Positions 18,561 to 27,968 of a stretch of DNA of 64,000 nt are shown piece after piece. Where the stretch lies: the NCBI GenBank assembly GCA_041690595.1, contig JAWLHB010000010.1, positions 62,001-126,000 of the forward strand. Direction: 5' to 3'. Every line of letters starts with the position of its first letter. The first letter of the stretch is position 1. A model generated the notes under the pieces. It was given only the letters and a program-made list of their open reading frames with translations, did not search any database and had not been told where the DNA came from. The DNA comes from Lentisphaeria bacterium (GTDB lineage: Bacteria; Verrucomicrobiota; Lentisphaeria; JABSQK01; JAWLHB01). Both the position numbers and the translations under genes were made by a program.

Positions 18561-20027
18561 GTGTCCACACGCCCTGATCTTGCCCGTATGTTGAAGGACA
18601 TTCCGGCACTCGCCGTGCTCTCCCCTGAAACGCGTCAGAAGCTGGCTGAGACCATGGAATCCTGCCGATATGAGGAAGGAGAGCTGCTCTTTGAGGCAGG
18701 TGCCAGCTGCCGCCATCTGCATGTGATCGGCGAAGGAATCGTGCAGGTCCTGCTACCAGGAGACGAAACGAATCCACACCTGCTCCATCCCGGCGACGCT
18801 ATCGGCCTGCGCGCGCTTTTTGGTGATGCGCCGCATGACTACACGCTCAAGGCGCGAAAGAAGGTTCTGGCCTGGCGCCTCTCCTGCGACAGCTTTCGCG
18901 ATCTCCTGCGAAAGGCACCGGACGACGGCTGGCGCCTCCTTCAGCACCTCGGCCAGGAGCTGAAGCCGCGAACCGGGGCCATGCGTCAGATCCATAGCGA
19001 ACTCGCGCCCGAACACTTTCGGGTGGCGCTGTTCGACACCAAGCCCTACACGGAAACCGTCTTCCGCGAGCACACTCCGAAGAACCTCGAGCTGCAGTTT
19101 CATGAAGCTCGGCTTTCACCGCACACTGCCGCACTGGCGGCTGGCTGCCAGGTGATTGTGCCATTTGTCAACGATCAGGTCAATCACGATGTCATCGAGC
19201 GACTGGCGGACAACGGAACCGGTCTTATCGCCATGCGCTGCGCGGGCTACAACAACGTGGATCTCGCATCGGCGCGTCAGGCGGGGATTACCGTGGCGCG
19301 AGTACCAGCTTATTCGCCCTATGCCGTTGCCGAGCATGCGATGGCCCTGATCCTGACCCAGAATCGGAGAACACATCGCGCCTACAATCGCGTGCGAGAA
19401 GGCAACTTCTCGCTCAACGGACTGGTCGGCTTCGACCTGCATGGCCGGACGGTCGGCATCATTGGTCTGGGCAAGATCGGCAAGGTGTTCGCGCAGATCC
19501 TCACTGGCTTCGGCATGCGCTTGCTGGGTTACGACAAGTATCAGGACGAAGCGTTCGCCAAGCGCGTTGGGCTAACTTACGTGGCGTTGGACGAGCTGCT
19601 GCGCGAATCGGACATCATCAGCCTCCACGCGCCATTGCTGGACTCTACCTACCACATGATCGATGCTGAGGCTATTGCTGCCATGAAGCGCGGCGTCATG
19701 CTGATCAACACCAGTCGTGGCGCGCTGATCGACGCACCGGCACTCATCGAGGGCTTGAAGAGCGGACAGGTTGGCTATGCCGGTCTCGATGTCTATGAAG
19801 AAGAGGAGGCCTACTTCTTCGAAGATCGATCCGGAGATGTCGTGACCGACGATGTCCTCGCCCGCCTGATGACCTTTCCCAATGTCCTGATCACCAGTCA
19901 CCAGGCCTTTCTGACGGATGAGGCGCTCCGTAACATTGCCCAGACGACTTTTGCCAACATCGCCGAGTTTCGAGAGGGCAAACGCTTTGACGAGCTGACA
20001 AACGCGGTGCTGCCTCAGGGCGCCTGA
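18561..20027 (+). CDS. Cyclic-nucleotide-binding domain fused to LdhA-like D-lactate dehydrogenase
   Basis: N-terminal ~130 aa cNMP fold (GELLFEAG...LHVIGEG...LHPGDAIG). C-terminus has RCAGYNNVD, RVPAYSPYAVAEH, GIIGLGKIG, INTSRG, LDVYEEE, ITSHQAF. GGAGG RBS before GTG. Confidence 0.9.
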   Translation: MSTRPDLARMLKDIPALAVLSPETRQKLAETMESCRYEEGELLFEAGASCRHLHVIGEGIVQVLLPGDETNPHLLHPGDAIGLRALFGDAPHDYTLKARKKVLAWRLSCDSFRDLLRKAPDDGWRLLQHLGQELKPRTGAMRQIHSELAPEHFRVALFDTKPYTETVFREHTPKNLELQFHEARLSPHTAALAAGCQVIVPFVNDQVNHDVIERLADNGTGLIAMRCAGYNNVDLASARQAGITVARVPAYSPYAVAEHAMALILTQNRRTHRAYNRVREGNFSLNGLVGFDLHGRTVGIIGLGKIGKVFAQILTGFGMRLLGYDKYQDEAFAKRVGLTYVALDELLRESDIISLHAPLLDSTYHMIDAEAIAAMKRGVMLINTSRGALIDAPALIEGLKSGQVGYAGLDVYEEEEAYFFEDRSGDVVTDDVLARLMTFPNVLITSHQAFLTDEALRNIAQTTFANIAEFREGKRFDELTNAVLPQGA

Positions 20028-21862
20028 TCGTCCGTATCCTTGTAGTAGTTGGCGACGGCTTCGGCCGTCCGCAACTGGCGGTCGTAGAGCCTCAGAATCT
20101 TGAGGTCGCCCCGGAGCGTGGGAGCGAGAATGGCCCGTGCCGAACCATTGACGTCCCGGAGGTTCCATGGAAAGCGTCCCCACCCGTACTGGCGGACTTC
20201 ATCTCCATCGCATAATTTGCCGTCGACGACTACGGAGATGATCTTGGGACCGCCATCGACAATGAAGGCGACCTGGTGGGCGCGCTGCGTGTCCAGAAGA
20301 CCACGATCGGTTTCCCAACTTGTTTCGCATAAACCGCAGGACCAGCGCCCGCCGGGCTCCGCGTAGGTGCGCCCGCAGAGGGTGAGCCGCAGCGTTTCGC
20401 GATCCGTCAAGGTGACGGTCATCCCCTTGCCTTCGGCATCTCGACTGTCGAACAGGACCTGCCCCGGAACCAGGTTCTGGAACTTCATCCGCAACTCGAG
20501 CGTCAAGCCGCGACGCCGGGGAACGCCATCTCCAGGAACTCGCGGCGCGCGCGAGTAGAGGGACGGCAGTAGCGGCATGGCGACGATCTGGCCTTCGCGG
20601 CAGGCATCGCTGTCAAGCTCCAGGACCAACCCCTCTCGTGCCACGCTGCGATTCAGCCCTTGCTGCCACATGCCATCCAGAAGCGAACGATCGAGCGGGT
20701 GAATTCTGGCCACCTCCTTCTGCGTCTCGCTGAGATAGAATTGGCCATCCTGCTCGATCAGATCCGGATAACTGATGCGGACGCCTGGATTGTCGTCATA
20801 AAGAACGATCTCCGGCTCCGACCAGTGAATGTGGCCATTGCGCTCGATGCCGCCCAGGAGCCAGACGGGGTTACGGGATTCGTAGGCTCGGGAGCGCCCT
20901 TCACGCCCCTCGAAGAGTCCGGGGCGACCATGAAAGTGGAACCAGTACAGAAAGCGACCGTCCCTGGTCCGCCAGACCGGGTTGCAGGCGCGCGGGTTTT
21001 TCACGGGCCGTCCACCCGGAGTGTAGGTCATGTACTGAGGACTGGTCCAGTTGCGCCCGCCATCGCGGCTGTAGGCGTGGCACGAGTAGCCTTCGACCGT
21101 GCGGTAGGTGCAGTAAAGCGAGCCGTCCGCCATATACGTGTAGACGTGTTCGGCGGCGATGTCGTCGAAAGGCGCCTTGAGGCCATAGTCACCATCGGGA
21201 AGGGTCTCCCACAGGTGTTCGGCGGGATCCAGCTCGGTGGCCAGGTTGGAAGACATGAGGAGCATGCCTTCATTGCTGGTGAAGAAGCCGTTGCCGAAAC
21301 CACCCACCTTGGTCGCCCCAAGGTACAGCTTGTCATCATGCACAAAAGGTTTGGCGACGCCCCAGAAGAAGCGCACCTTGCCGCCATAGGCGTTGCGTTC
21401 GTCAATCTTGAACGGGCGGACCGGGATTTCGTAGCGCTCTTCACACCAGGTGCGGCCATTGTCATCGGAGTATTTGTACGCATAGGCCCCGAGACTGTCG
21501 ACGCGCGTGCACTCGCCGTCAGGAAAGATCGCCGGATCCCCCTTCACGCTGCGCAGGTTGTCGGTGTTGTAGGTGTAGAAAACGTAGATCCGGCTGCTCG
21601 GCAGCTTCAGCGGCACGGCCCAGGATGCTTCGGGTCCGTCCGCCGGCTCGATGTCGATGAGCGGCGACCACGTACGCCCCCGGTCGAGGCTGATGGTTGC
21701 CACAATGTGCTGCCCGCCGGCTCCCTCGCTGCCAACGCCGGTAGTCATGGTACACGTCCACGAACCATCCTCGTTGACGACGATGTAGGGCTGGTCACAG
21801 TAGTTCTCACTGGGAATGGGCAGGCCATTCTCCAAGTGTCGCCATTCCAGTTGCTCATCCAT
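20015..21862 (-). CDS. BNR/Asp-box sialidase-like propeller with C-terminal LamG-like domain
   Basis: Asp-boxes SLDRGRTW, SDDNGRTW and SRDGGRNW; SYPD; C-terminal HQVAFIVDG...LRLYDRQL. Real start likely MDEQLEW at 21862. Confidence 0.8.
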   Translation of the reverse strand: MDEQLEWRHLENGLPIPSENYCDQPYIVVNEDGSWTCTMTTGVGSEGAGGQHIVATISLDRGRTWSPLIDIEPADGPEASWAVPLKLPSSRIYVFYTYNTDNLRSVKGDPAIFPDGECTRVDSLGAYAYKYSDDNGRTWCEERYEIPVRPFKIDERNAYGGKVRFFWGVAKPFVHDDKLYLGATKVGGFGNGFFTSNEGMLLMSSNLATELDPAEHLWETLPDGDYGLKAPFDDIAAEHVYTYMADGSLYCTYRTVEGYSCHAYSRDGGRNWTSPQYMTYTPGGRPVKNPRACNPVWRTRDGRFLYWFHFHGRPGLFEGREGRSRAYESRNPVWLLGGIERNGHIHWSEPEIVLYDDNPGVRISYPDLIEQDGQFYLSETQKEVARIHPLDRSLLDGMWQQGLNRSVAREGLVLELDSDACREGQIVAMPLLPSLYSRAPRVPGDGVPRRRGLTLELRMKFQNLVPGQVLFDSRDAEGKGMTVTLTDRETLRLTLCGRTYAEPGGRWSCGLCETSWETDRGLLDTQRAHQVAFIVDGGPKIISVVVDGKLCDGDEVRQYGWGRFPWNLRDVNGSARAILAPTLRGDLKILRLYDRQLRTAEAVANYYKDTDDQAP

Positions 21863-21997
21863 TGGTCTCGATTTCCTCTCCGGCCCGAAGCCTGAATGTT
21901 GAAAAGATTCGCCTACTGGGATTGCCCCTGCACCCAAGCACCGGAATAGTATACAATCACAGAGATTAATGCCCAACCTGGCCGCGGAGAAAAGTAC

Positions 21998-23008
21998 ATG
22001 ATAACACGCCTGGCTTTCCTGGGCTTTCGCCATGGACACATCCTGTCCGTCTTCCAACAAGCGCAGAAACGCGATGACGTCGAAATCGTCGCGGTCAGCG
22101 AAGATGACGATGCCTCCCGGCGGCAGCTGGCGGCCCAGGGAATTTCCTTCACTCACGACAACTGCCTGTCCGCCCTTGCAGAAAGCAACTGCGACGCAGT
22201 GGCGATCGGCGACTACTATGGCAACCGCGGCCCACTTGCCATCGCGGCGTTGAAAGCAGGGAAACACATCATTCTCGACAAACCGATCTGCACCCGGCTG
22301 AATGAGCTGGAGCAGATCGCCGCCCTGGCATGCAGTCAGAATCTCAGCGTCGGCTGTCAGCTCGATCTGCGCCATACAGGCAAGTATCGCCGCCTGCGCA
22401 CACTCCTGGCGGAAGGGACAATTGGCGAGGTTCATGCGATTGGCTTTGGCGGCCAGCATCCACTGCACTATGGCAGTCGCCCAGATTGGTACTTCGAAAA
22501 GGGGAAACACGGAGGCACCCTCAACGACATTGCCATTCATGCCGTCGACCTCATCCCATGGCTGACGGGTCACAAGTTCCGGCGGATCGACGCGGCGCGC
22601 AACTGGAATGCCGCCTGCCTGCAAGTGCCGCACTTCCGGGACGCGGCGCAGATGATGGCGACACTGGAGAACGACTGCGGCGTCATTGGGGATGTTTCCT
22701 ACCTGTCGCCGAACTCCATCGGCTATCGCCTGCCCATGTATTGGCGCGTCACCTGCTGGGGGAGTCGCGGTGTTTTCGAGGTGGATAGCGCACATGCCGG
22801 CATCCTGTATTATGCGGATGGGGCCGAAGAAGGGGTTGAGCTGGAGCCGGATGCCGATGGCCCGGGCGCCTTCGACTCGTTCCTCAACGAGTTGCGGGGC
22901 ACGCCGGGCGAGATCAATCCCGGCACAGCCGAGGTGCTGGCTTCCGCTCGCGTCTCCCTGATGATTCAGAAAGCCGCCGACGACGAATTGTTCGGTGTGC
23001 TGGTGTAG
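21998..23008 (+). CDS. Gfo/Idh/MocA family oxidoreductase
   Basis: ALKAGKHIILDKP, GGTLNDIAIHAVD. Confidence 0.88.
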   Translation: MITRLAFLGFRHGHILSVFQQAQKRDDVEIVAVSEDDDASRRQLAAQGISFTHDNCLSALAESNCDAVAIGDYYGNRGPLAIAALKAGKHIILDKPICTRLNELEQIAALACSQNLSVGCQLDLRHTGKYRRLRTLLAEGTIGEVHAIGFGGQHPLHYGSRPDWYFEKGKHGGTLNDIAIHAVDLIPWLTGHKFRRIDAARNWNAACLQVPHFRDAAQMMATLENDCGVIGDVSYLSPNSIGYRLPMYWRVTCWGSRGVFEVDSAHAGILYYADGAEEGVELEPDADGPGAFDSFLNELRGTPGEINPGTAEVLASARVSLMIQKAADDELFGVLV

Positions 23009-23016
23009 GCAGCGAC

Positions 23017-23916
23017 ATGAATCCTTCCACTCTTGATTGTTCCATCGTAATGCTGGCCCACAACGGCGCCAACTTCACGCGACTTTGCCTGAACAGCCTC
23101 CTTCACTCATTGCCCTTGCCAAAGGAACTGATCTTTGCCAACAACGGGTCGACCGACGGCACGGCGGATTTGCTGCGGCAGACACTGCCGAAGCTCGAGG
23201 CGGCGGGCATTTCCGTGAAGACATGGGAGAATGACCATAACATGGGGTGCTCGGAAGGGCGCAACATGGCGTGGGCCGAAGCTACCGGCAAGTACGTGGT
23301 CTTTCTGGATAACGATACCGCTGTCTGCTCCCGCAACTGGCTCGCACGGATGGCCGCGGAACTCGACCGGGATCGCGGGCTTGGCGTTGTTGGTGCCAAG
23401 CTGATCTATCCCTTCCTCCCCCACCCCATTCAGTGCGCCGGCGTCGGCATCAACCGTGTGGGTAGAATCCGCTTCCGGGGCCGTGGCGCCAGCCGCTGGG
23501 ATCCGCGCTATCTTCTGCCGGCGAGAGTCCCGGCCCTCATCAGCGCCTGCTGGATGATGCGCACGCGTTTCCTTCAGGATGTCGGGGGGCTGGACCCGCT
23601 CTTTCATCCCGTCCAGTATGAGGATCTGGATTATTGCTTTCAGCTACGCCGGGCGGGGTACCATTGCGCCTACCTGCCGAGCGCCGAAGTCTATCATTTC
23701 GAAGGACGAACGACCGGCGCCAGAGGGCGGGATCATTATGTGCGTACCATTGCCGAAAACTCCATCAAGTTCCGCCGCAAATGGCGTGAAGAACTGAGCC
23801 GGTTGCCGGAGGATCCCAACGACTTTCGATGGCTCTCCGACGAAGAACTGGGGCTGACCGATGCTGTCTCCCTGAGGACCAGCGCCACCTCGCCAAGAGA
23901 GTGGCCATGCGACTGA
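23017..23916 (+). CDS. Glycosyltransferase family 2
   Basis: NNGSTDGT, FLDND, VGAKL, YEDLDYC, VYHFEG. Confidence 0.9.
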   Translation: MNPSTLDCSIVMLAHNGANFTRLCLNSLLHSLPLPKELIFANNGSTDGTADLLRQTLPKLEAAGISVKTWENDHNMGCSEGRNMAWAEATGKYVVFLDNDTAVCSRNWLARMAAELDRDRGLGVVGAKLIYPFLPHPIQCAGVGINRVGRIRFRGRGASRWDPRYLLPARVPALISACWMMRTRFLQDVGGLDPLFHPVQYEDLDYCFQLRRAGYHCAYLPSAEVYHFEGRTTGARGRDHYVRTIAENSIKFRRKWREELSRLPEDPNDFRWLSDEELGLTDAVSLRTSATSPREWPCD

Positions 23917-24851
23917 CTCCACCCAAGCCTTCAGCGCAAGGCGATCACCTGGCCATGCTCTTCGTATGGATGGAGCTGGTGCGTCTGCCGCGACTCCTGG
24001 TAGCGCCCGGCGGTGTGATCGCCGGTTACGCTCTTGCTGCGGGCGGATTGGGCGATGCAGCGCCTCGGGAACTCGCCCTGCCGGTGACCGCTGTCCTCAT
24101 GCTCTACGCCGGTGCGCTACTGCTGAACGCCTATACCGATCGCTTTCGCGATCTGCAACGTCACCCGCGTCGGGCGCTGCCATCCGGCAGGATCTCCCCA
24201 CGAATAGTCGCCGTGGCAGCCATCATGCTGCTGGTCGCCGGCATCGTCTGTGCCGGACTGACGGGCAGTGGCAGGATCTCCGCCATAGCCGTTGGATTGG
24301 CTCTCCTCGCAGTGCTGTTCAGCCTTCTTGGCGATATCCTGCCCTGGGTTCGAGCGGGACTGCGCGCGCTCGGGCACGGCCTGATCGTCCTGCTGGGCGG
24401 CGCGGTCGCGGGCGGCGGTGGTAGTCAGCGGCAGTTCCTCGTCCTTATCGCGATAGCGCTGGTCATCTTCTTTGTCTTTATCATTGCCGGTGCGCGGCAG
24501 GGATTTCCCCGTCAGCCACCGCGGCGATGGGTGAGCTGGCTGCTCTTCACGACGCCGCTCCTGCTGCTCGTCTCAGGAGTCGAAGGCATCTTCGGCGAAG
24601 GATGGACATGCGCCGGTGTCTGGGCGATATGGGCGCTCTTCACCTACACTATCATTGTCCTGGGCCGCCACCTCCTTCGCCTGCGGAAGACTGACGAAGT
24701 ACCATGGTACGAAGATGCCCTCCTCCGCAATCTCATTTTCATGCAGTCATTCTGGATTGCCGCCAGCGGGGCGAGCTGCTGGTGGGGCGCTGGCGTGCTG
24801 CTGCTCTGGCCGATCAGCGGGTGGTTGCACAGGTGGAGCGAATGGCGGTGA
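23907..24851 (+). CDS. UbiA-family prenyltransferase-like membrane protein (degenerate motifs)
   Basis: ELVRLP, LNAYTDRFRD...RALPSGRI, multiple TM helices. Confidence 0.7.
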   Translation: MRLTPPKPSAQGDHLAMLFVWMELVRLPRLLVAPGGVIAGYALAAGGLGDAAPRELALPVTAVLMLYAGALLLNAYTDRFRDLQRHPRRALPSGRISPRIVAVAAIMLLVAGIVCAGLTGSGRISAIAVGLALLAVLFSLLGDILPWVRAGLRALGHGLIVLLGGAVAGGGGSQRQFLVLIAIALVIFFVFIIAGARQGFPRQPPRRWVSWLLFTTPLLLLVSGVEGIFGEGWTCAGVWAIWALFTYTIIVLGRHLLRLRKTDEVPWYEDALLRNLIFMQSFWIAASGASCWWGAGVLLLWPISGWLHRWSEWR

Positions 24852-24879
24852 CACCCTTGAGCCACGCTACATTACCCTC

Positions 24880-25722
24880 ATGACTACACTCTCCAAGGCC
24901 CAACTGCAGGCTATTATCGACCTGCTTCACGACCGGAGTGATCCGGAAGTCCAGAACATGCTCAACGAACAACTTCAGCAACTGGACACCAGCTCGCTCG
25001 AAGCCTTGCGCAGGCAGGCTGCCGGGGCCTCCGATCAGGCGCTCATGGATGTGGAAGCTGTCCTGCATCAGAAGCAGTGGGACGACCTCGGCGTCGAGCT
25101 GGCGTCGGCCAGCCAGCTCAACCAGAGTGCCCTTCTCGATCTCCTCCTGACGATCGCGCGCTTCGGTCACTTCGAGTGCGACGCGGAACAGGTGCGGGAG
25201 AATTTTTCGCAACTTGCCGACGGCTGCCGCGCCCTCTTCAGCGATACGGATTCCGAGTTGGAGCGCATGAACAAGGTGATCGGATTCCTGGCCGGCGAGA
25301 AGCACTTCCGCGGCAATGCCGACGACTACTACAATCCCGAGAACAGCTTCATCGATACCGTCCTGCGCACCCGTCTGGGCATTCCCATCAGCCTCTCGGC
25401 TCTTTATCTGGTTGTCGCGGAGGCGCTGGATCTACCCCTGCGCGGCGTCGCTCTGCCCGGCCATTTCATCGTTGGCCTCTTTGTCCTGAACCAGAAGGCG
25501 TGCTACTTCGACCCCTTTCACGAAGGCAGGCAATTGAGCAAGCTGGACTGCGCTCAGATGGTCAATGAGTACGGCCATAGTTTCGAGGAGCATTATCTTC
25601 AGCCGGTGACAACTCGCCAGATCATTCAGCGCATGCTCAACAACCTTTATGCGGCCTATGACTCTGCCGGCCAGGAGCAGCGCCGCCAGGGCATCATTCG
25701 CCTCATTCGCGCTCTGAGCTGA
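24880..25722 (+). CDS. SirB1/transglutaminase-like (Transglut_core2) protein
   Basis: FRGNADDYYNPENSFIDTVL, GIPISLS, GVALPGHF, YFDPF, RMLNNL. Confidence 0.85.
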   Translation: MTTLSKAQLQAIIDLLHDRSDPEVQNMLNEQLQQLDTSSLEALRRQAAGASDQALMDVEAVLHQKQWDDLGVELASASQLNQSALLDLLLTIARFGHFECDAEQVRENFSQLADGCRALFSDTDSELERMNKVIGFLAGEKHFRGNADDYYNPENSFIDTVLRTRLGIPISLSALYLVVAEALDLPLRGVALPGHFIVGLFVLNQKACYFDPFHEGRQLSKLDCAQMVNEYGHSFEEHYLQPVTTRQIIQRMLNNLYAAYDSAGQEQRRQGIIRLIRALS

Positions 25723-25793
25723 GATGTGGTTCGGCTTGGGTGAAGCTGCTGATCGCATGTAGAGTAGCAACTGATCATGAACAGGAGGCAAGG

Positions 25794-26693
25794 ATGAAGT
25801 TCCGTACATTGGGATCGACAGGGCTGGACGTTTCCGTTATTGGAATCGGAACCTGGCAGCTTGGCGGTGAATGGGGCAAAGACTTCGCGCAGAGCGACGT
25901 GAATGGGATGTTCGCCAGAGGGCGAGAGCTTGGCATAAATCTGGTGGATACCGCTGAATGTTATGGGGATCACCTCAGCGAGAAGCTGATTGGCGGTGCC
26001 ATTGCCGGTGATCGCGACCACTGGATTGTCGCCACCAAGTTCGGGCATCATTTCCACGGCGCTTTCGACCGCACCGTCTCCTACGATCCGGACGATGTGG
26101 TAAAGCAGCTCGAGGGCTCGCTGCGGGCACTGCGTACAGACTATATCGACCTTTATCAGTTTCATTCGGGTCCCAACGACGGCTTCGATACGGAAGGCCT
26201 CTGGGAGACATTGCATCGCCAGCAGGAGGCAGGAAAGATCCGCCATCTCGGTATTTCCCTGGGTGGCAGCGAAGACGTGCATGAGCACCAGATGAAGCAT
26301 GCGCGCGAGGTGGGAGTGGAGGCGATTCAAGTCATCTACAACCGGCTTGATCGACTCCCGGAAAGCTTCATCCTGCCGCGCTGTCAGCAGGACAATCTGG
26401 GCGTGCTCACCCGGTTGCCCTTGTGCAGCGGCTATCTCACCGGCAAGTACAAGCCGGGGCACAGCTTCCCGGCCAACGATGTCCGCGAGAAGTGGTACAA
26501 AGAGGGACGTGACGAGAAGCTCATCGAGGCCAATCGCATACTGGACGAGGAGGTGCCGCAGGGAGTGGAGCCCGCCCAATGGGCGCTCGCCTGGTGCCTC
26601 CAGCATCCAGCCGTCACCTGCGTCATTCCCGGCTGCAAATCGATCGATCAGGTGGAATCCAACGCCGCCGCGGCCAACCTCATTACGGCCTGA
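25794..26693 (+). CDS. Aldo/keto reductase
   Basis: LGSTGLDVSVIGIGT, DTAECYG, ATKFG, SLRALRTDYIDLYQFH, GKIRHLGIS, VIPG. Confidence 0.93.
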   Translation: MKFRTLGSTGLDVSVIGIGTWQLGGEWGKDFAQSDVNGMFARGRELGINLVDTAECYGDHLSEKLIGGAIAGDRDHWIVATKFGHHFHGAFDRTVSYDPDDVVKQLEGSLRALRTDYIDLYQFHSGPNDGFDTEGLWETLHRQQEAGKIRHLGISLGGSEDVHEHQMKHAREVGVEAIQVIYNRLDRLPESFILPRCQQDNLGVLTRLPLCSGYLTGKYKPGHSFPANDVREKWYKEGRDEKLIEANRILDEEVPQGVEPAQWALAWCLQHPAVTCVIPGCKSIDQVESNAAAANLITA

Positions 26694-26776
26694 GAGCGCA
26701 CGGACAGGAACACTGCCCTCGTCTCCTCGTTTTTCTTGATTCACGGGTTGCAGTCTGGTTCTCGGCGATTTACACT

Positions 26777-26827
26777 AAGTTGTTGGACAAGTTGCCGTCA
26801 TTTTCACCCAATGTCATTGGACAACTT
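26777..26827. promoter_or_regulatory. Putative GntR-type operator pair upstream of regulator
   Basis: TTGT-TGG-ACAA palindrome at 26780-26790; TTGGACAA repeated at 26783 and 26817, the second copy 3 nt before the ATG. Confidence 0.5.
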
Positions 26828-27946
26828 ATGGGCATCAAGTCAAAGCATGATGACGTATTGAGGCACCTGCGCCAGATTCTGGCGGAGGGGTGTTTCGTGT
26901 CTGGCGACCTCCTGCCGTCAGAAAATCAGCTGAGTCAGGAGCATGGGGTCAGTCGCAACACGATTCGCGAAGCGATTACGGTTCTTGCCAGCGAGGGATT
27001 GGTGCGCCGGGTGCAGGGCAAAGGTACTCTGGTGGAGTCACGCAAAGCCGCTTCGGAAGTCCGGACGGCTCTGCTGCTGATGCGGGCCGCGGGCGACGTT
27101 TACGAGCGCCAGTCGCATCGGCTGATCGCGGGACTGGAGGAGCATGGCATCATGCCCATGGTGGTGAACGTCGACGGGAAGGAAGAACGACTGGAACATC
27201 AGCGGTCATGTCTCGAACATGCCATCTCGATCGGCGTGAACGGCATTATCGTTGACGATCCCGCCAGACGTCTTATCCAAGACCACTTCGGCAAGCTGCC
27301 GCCGACAGTCATGATCAATGGCGCTGAATTCATTGCCGACCTGCCAATGCCGCAGATCCTGGCGGACTATCGGCAAGGTGCGCGGCTCGCGACGGAGCAT
27401 CTGCGCAAACTCGGGCATGATCAAATACTCTGCGTCATTCACCGCAATGTCTTTCTCAAGGCGGGAGATCGGATCGAAGAGGCACATGGACTGTACGGGG
27501 AGATCATTCGCGGCTATGTCGATGCGCAGGGGATGGAAAAGGCGCGTTACCTTTTTGTTCGTCGCGAATTCATGGCGGCGGACGAGGTTCGTGAGTTGCA
27601 GAGCCTGTTGCGTTCGCGCCATCGCCCGACCGCCATCTTTGCGACGAGTGACTATCGCGCCAAGGTCGTTATCGATCTGGCGCGCCGCCTTGGCCTGCGG
27701 GTGCCCGAGGAGCTTGCCGTTGTCGGCTACTACAATACGCCGTGGGCTACCCTTACCGACCCGCCGATCACCTCCGTCTCCCTGCAGCATGAAACAATCG
27801 CCGATCTGGCGATCGAGCACCTTTTCGGCCATGCCCGCGCCTCGCTCGACGCGCGGCTGATAGTGCCCCCTGAACTGATTGTCCGTGATACCTGCGGCAG
27901 CCATGCCGGCAGCATCGCTTATCGCGAAAACTACAATGCCCAATAG
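26828..27946 (+). CDS. AraR-like transcriptional regulator (GntR wHTH plus LacI-type sensor domain)
   Basis: LPSENQLSQEHGVSRNTIREAITVLASEGLVRRVQGKGT; C-terminal PTAIFATSD, VPEELAVVGY, PPITSV. Confidence 0.9.
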   Translation: MGIKSKHDDVLRHLRQILAEGCFVSGDLLPSENQLSQEHGVSRNTIREAITVLASEGLVRRVQGKGTLVESRKAASEVRTALLLMRAAGDVYERQSHRLIAGLEEHGIMPMVVNVDGKEERLEHQRSCLEHAISIGVNGIIVDDPARRLIQDHFGKLPPTVMINGAEFIADLPMPQILADYRQGARLATEHLRKLGHDQILCVIHRNVFLKAGDRIEEAHGLYGEIIRGYVDAQGMEKARYLFVRREFMAADEVRELQSLLRSRHRPTAIFATSDYRAKVVIDLARRLGLRVPEELAVVGYYNTPWATLTDPPITSVSLQHETIADLAIEHLFGHARASLDARLIVPPELIVRDTCGSHAGSIAYRENYNAQ

Positions 27947-27968
27947 CACAACACATCGAGGAACCCAA

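Noticed and set aside
21863..22795. Upstream 310 codons of the 926-aa minus-strand ORF
   Set aside because: They are the antisense shadow of the Gfo/Idh/MocA gene; protein-like sequence begins at MDEQLEW (21862).
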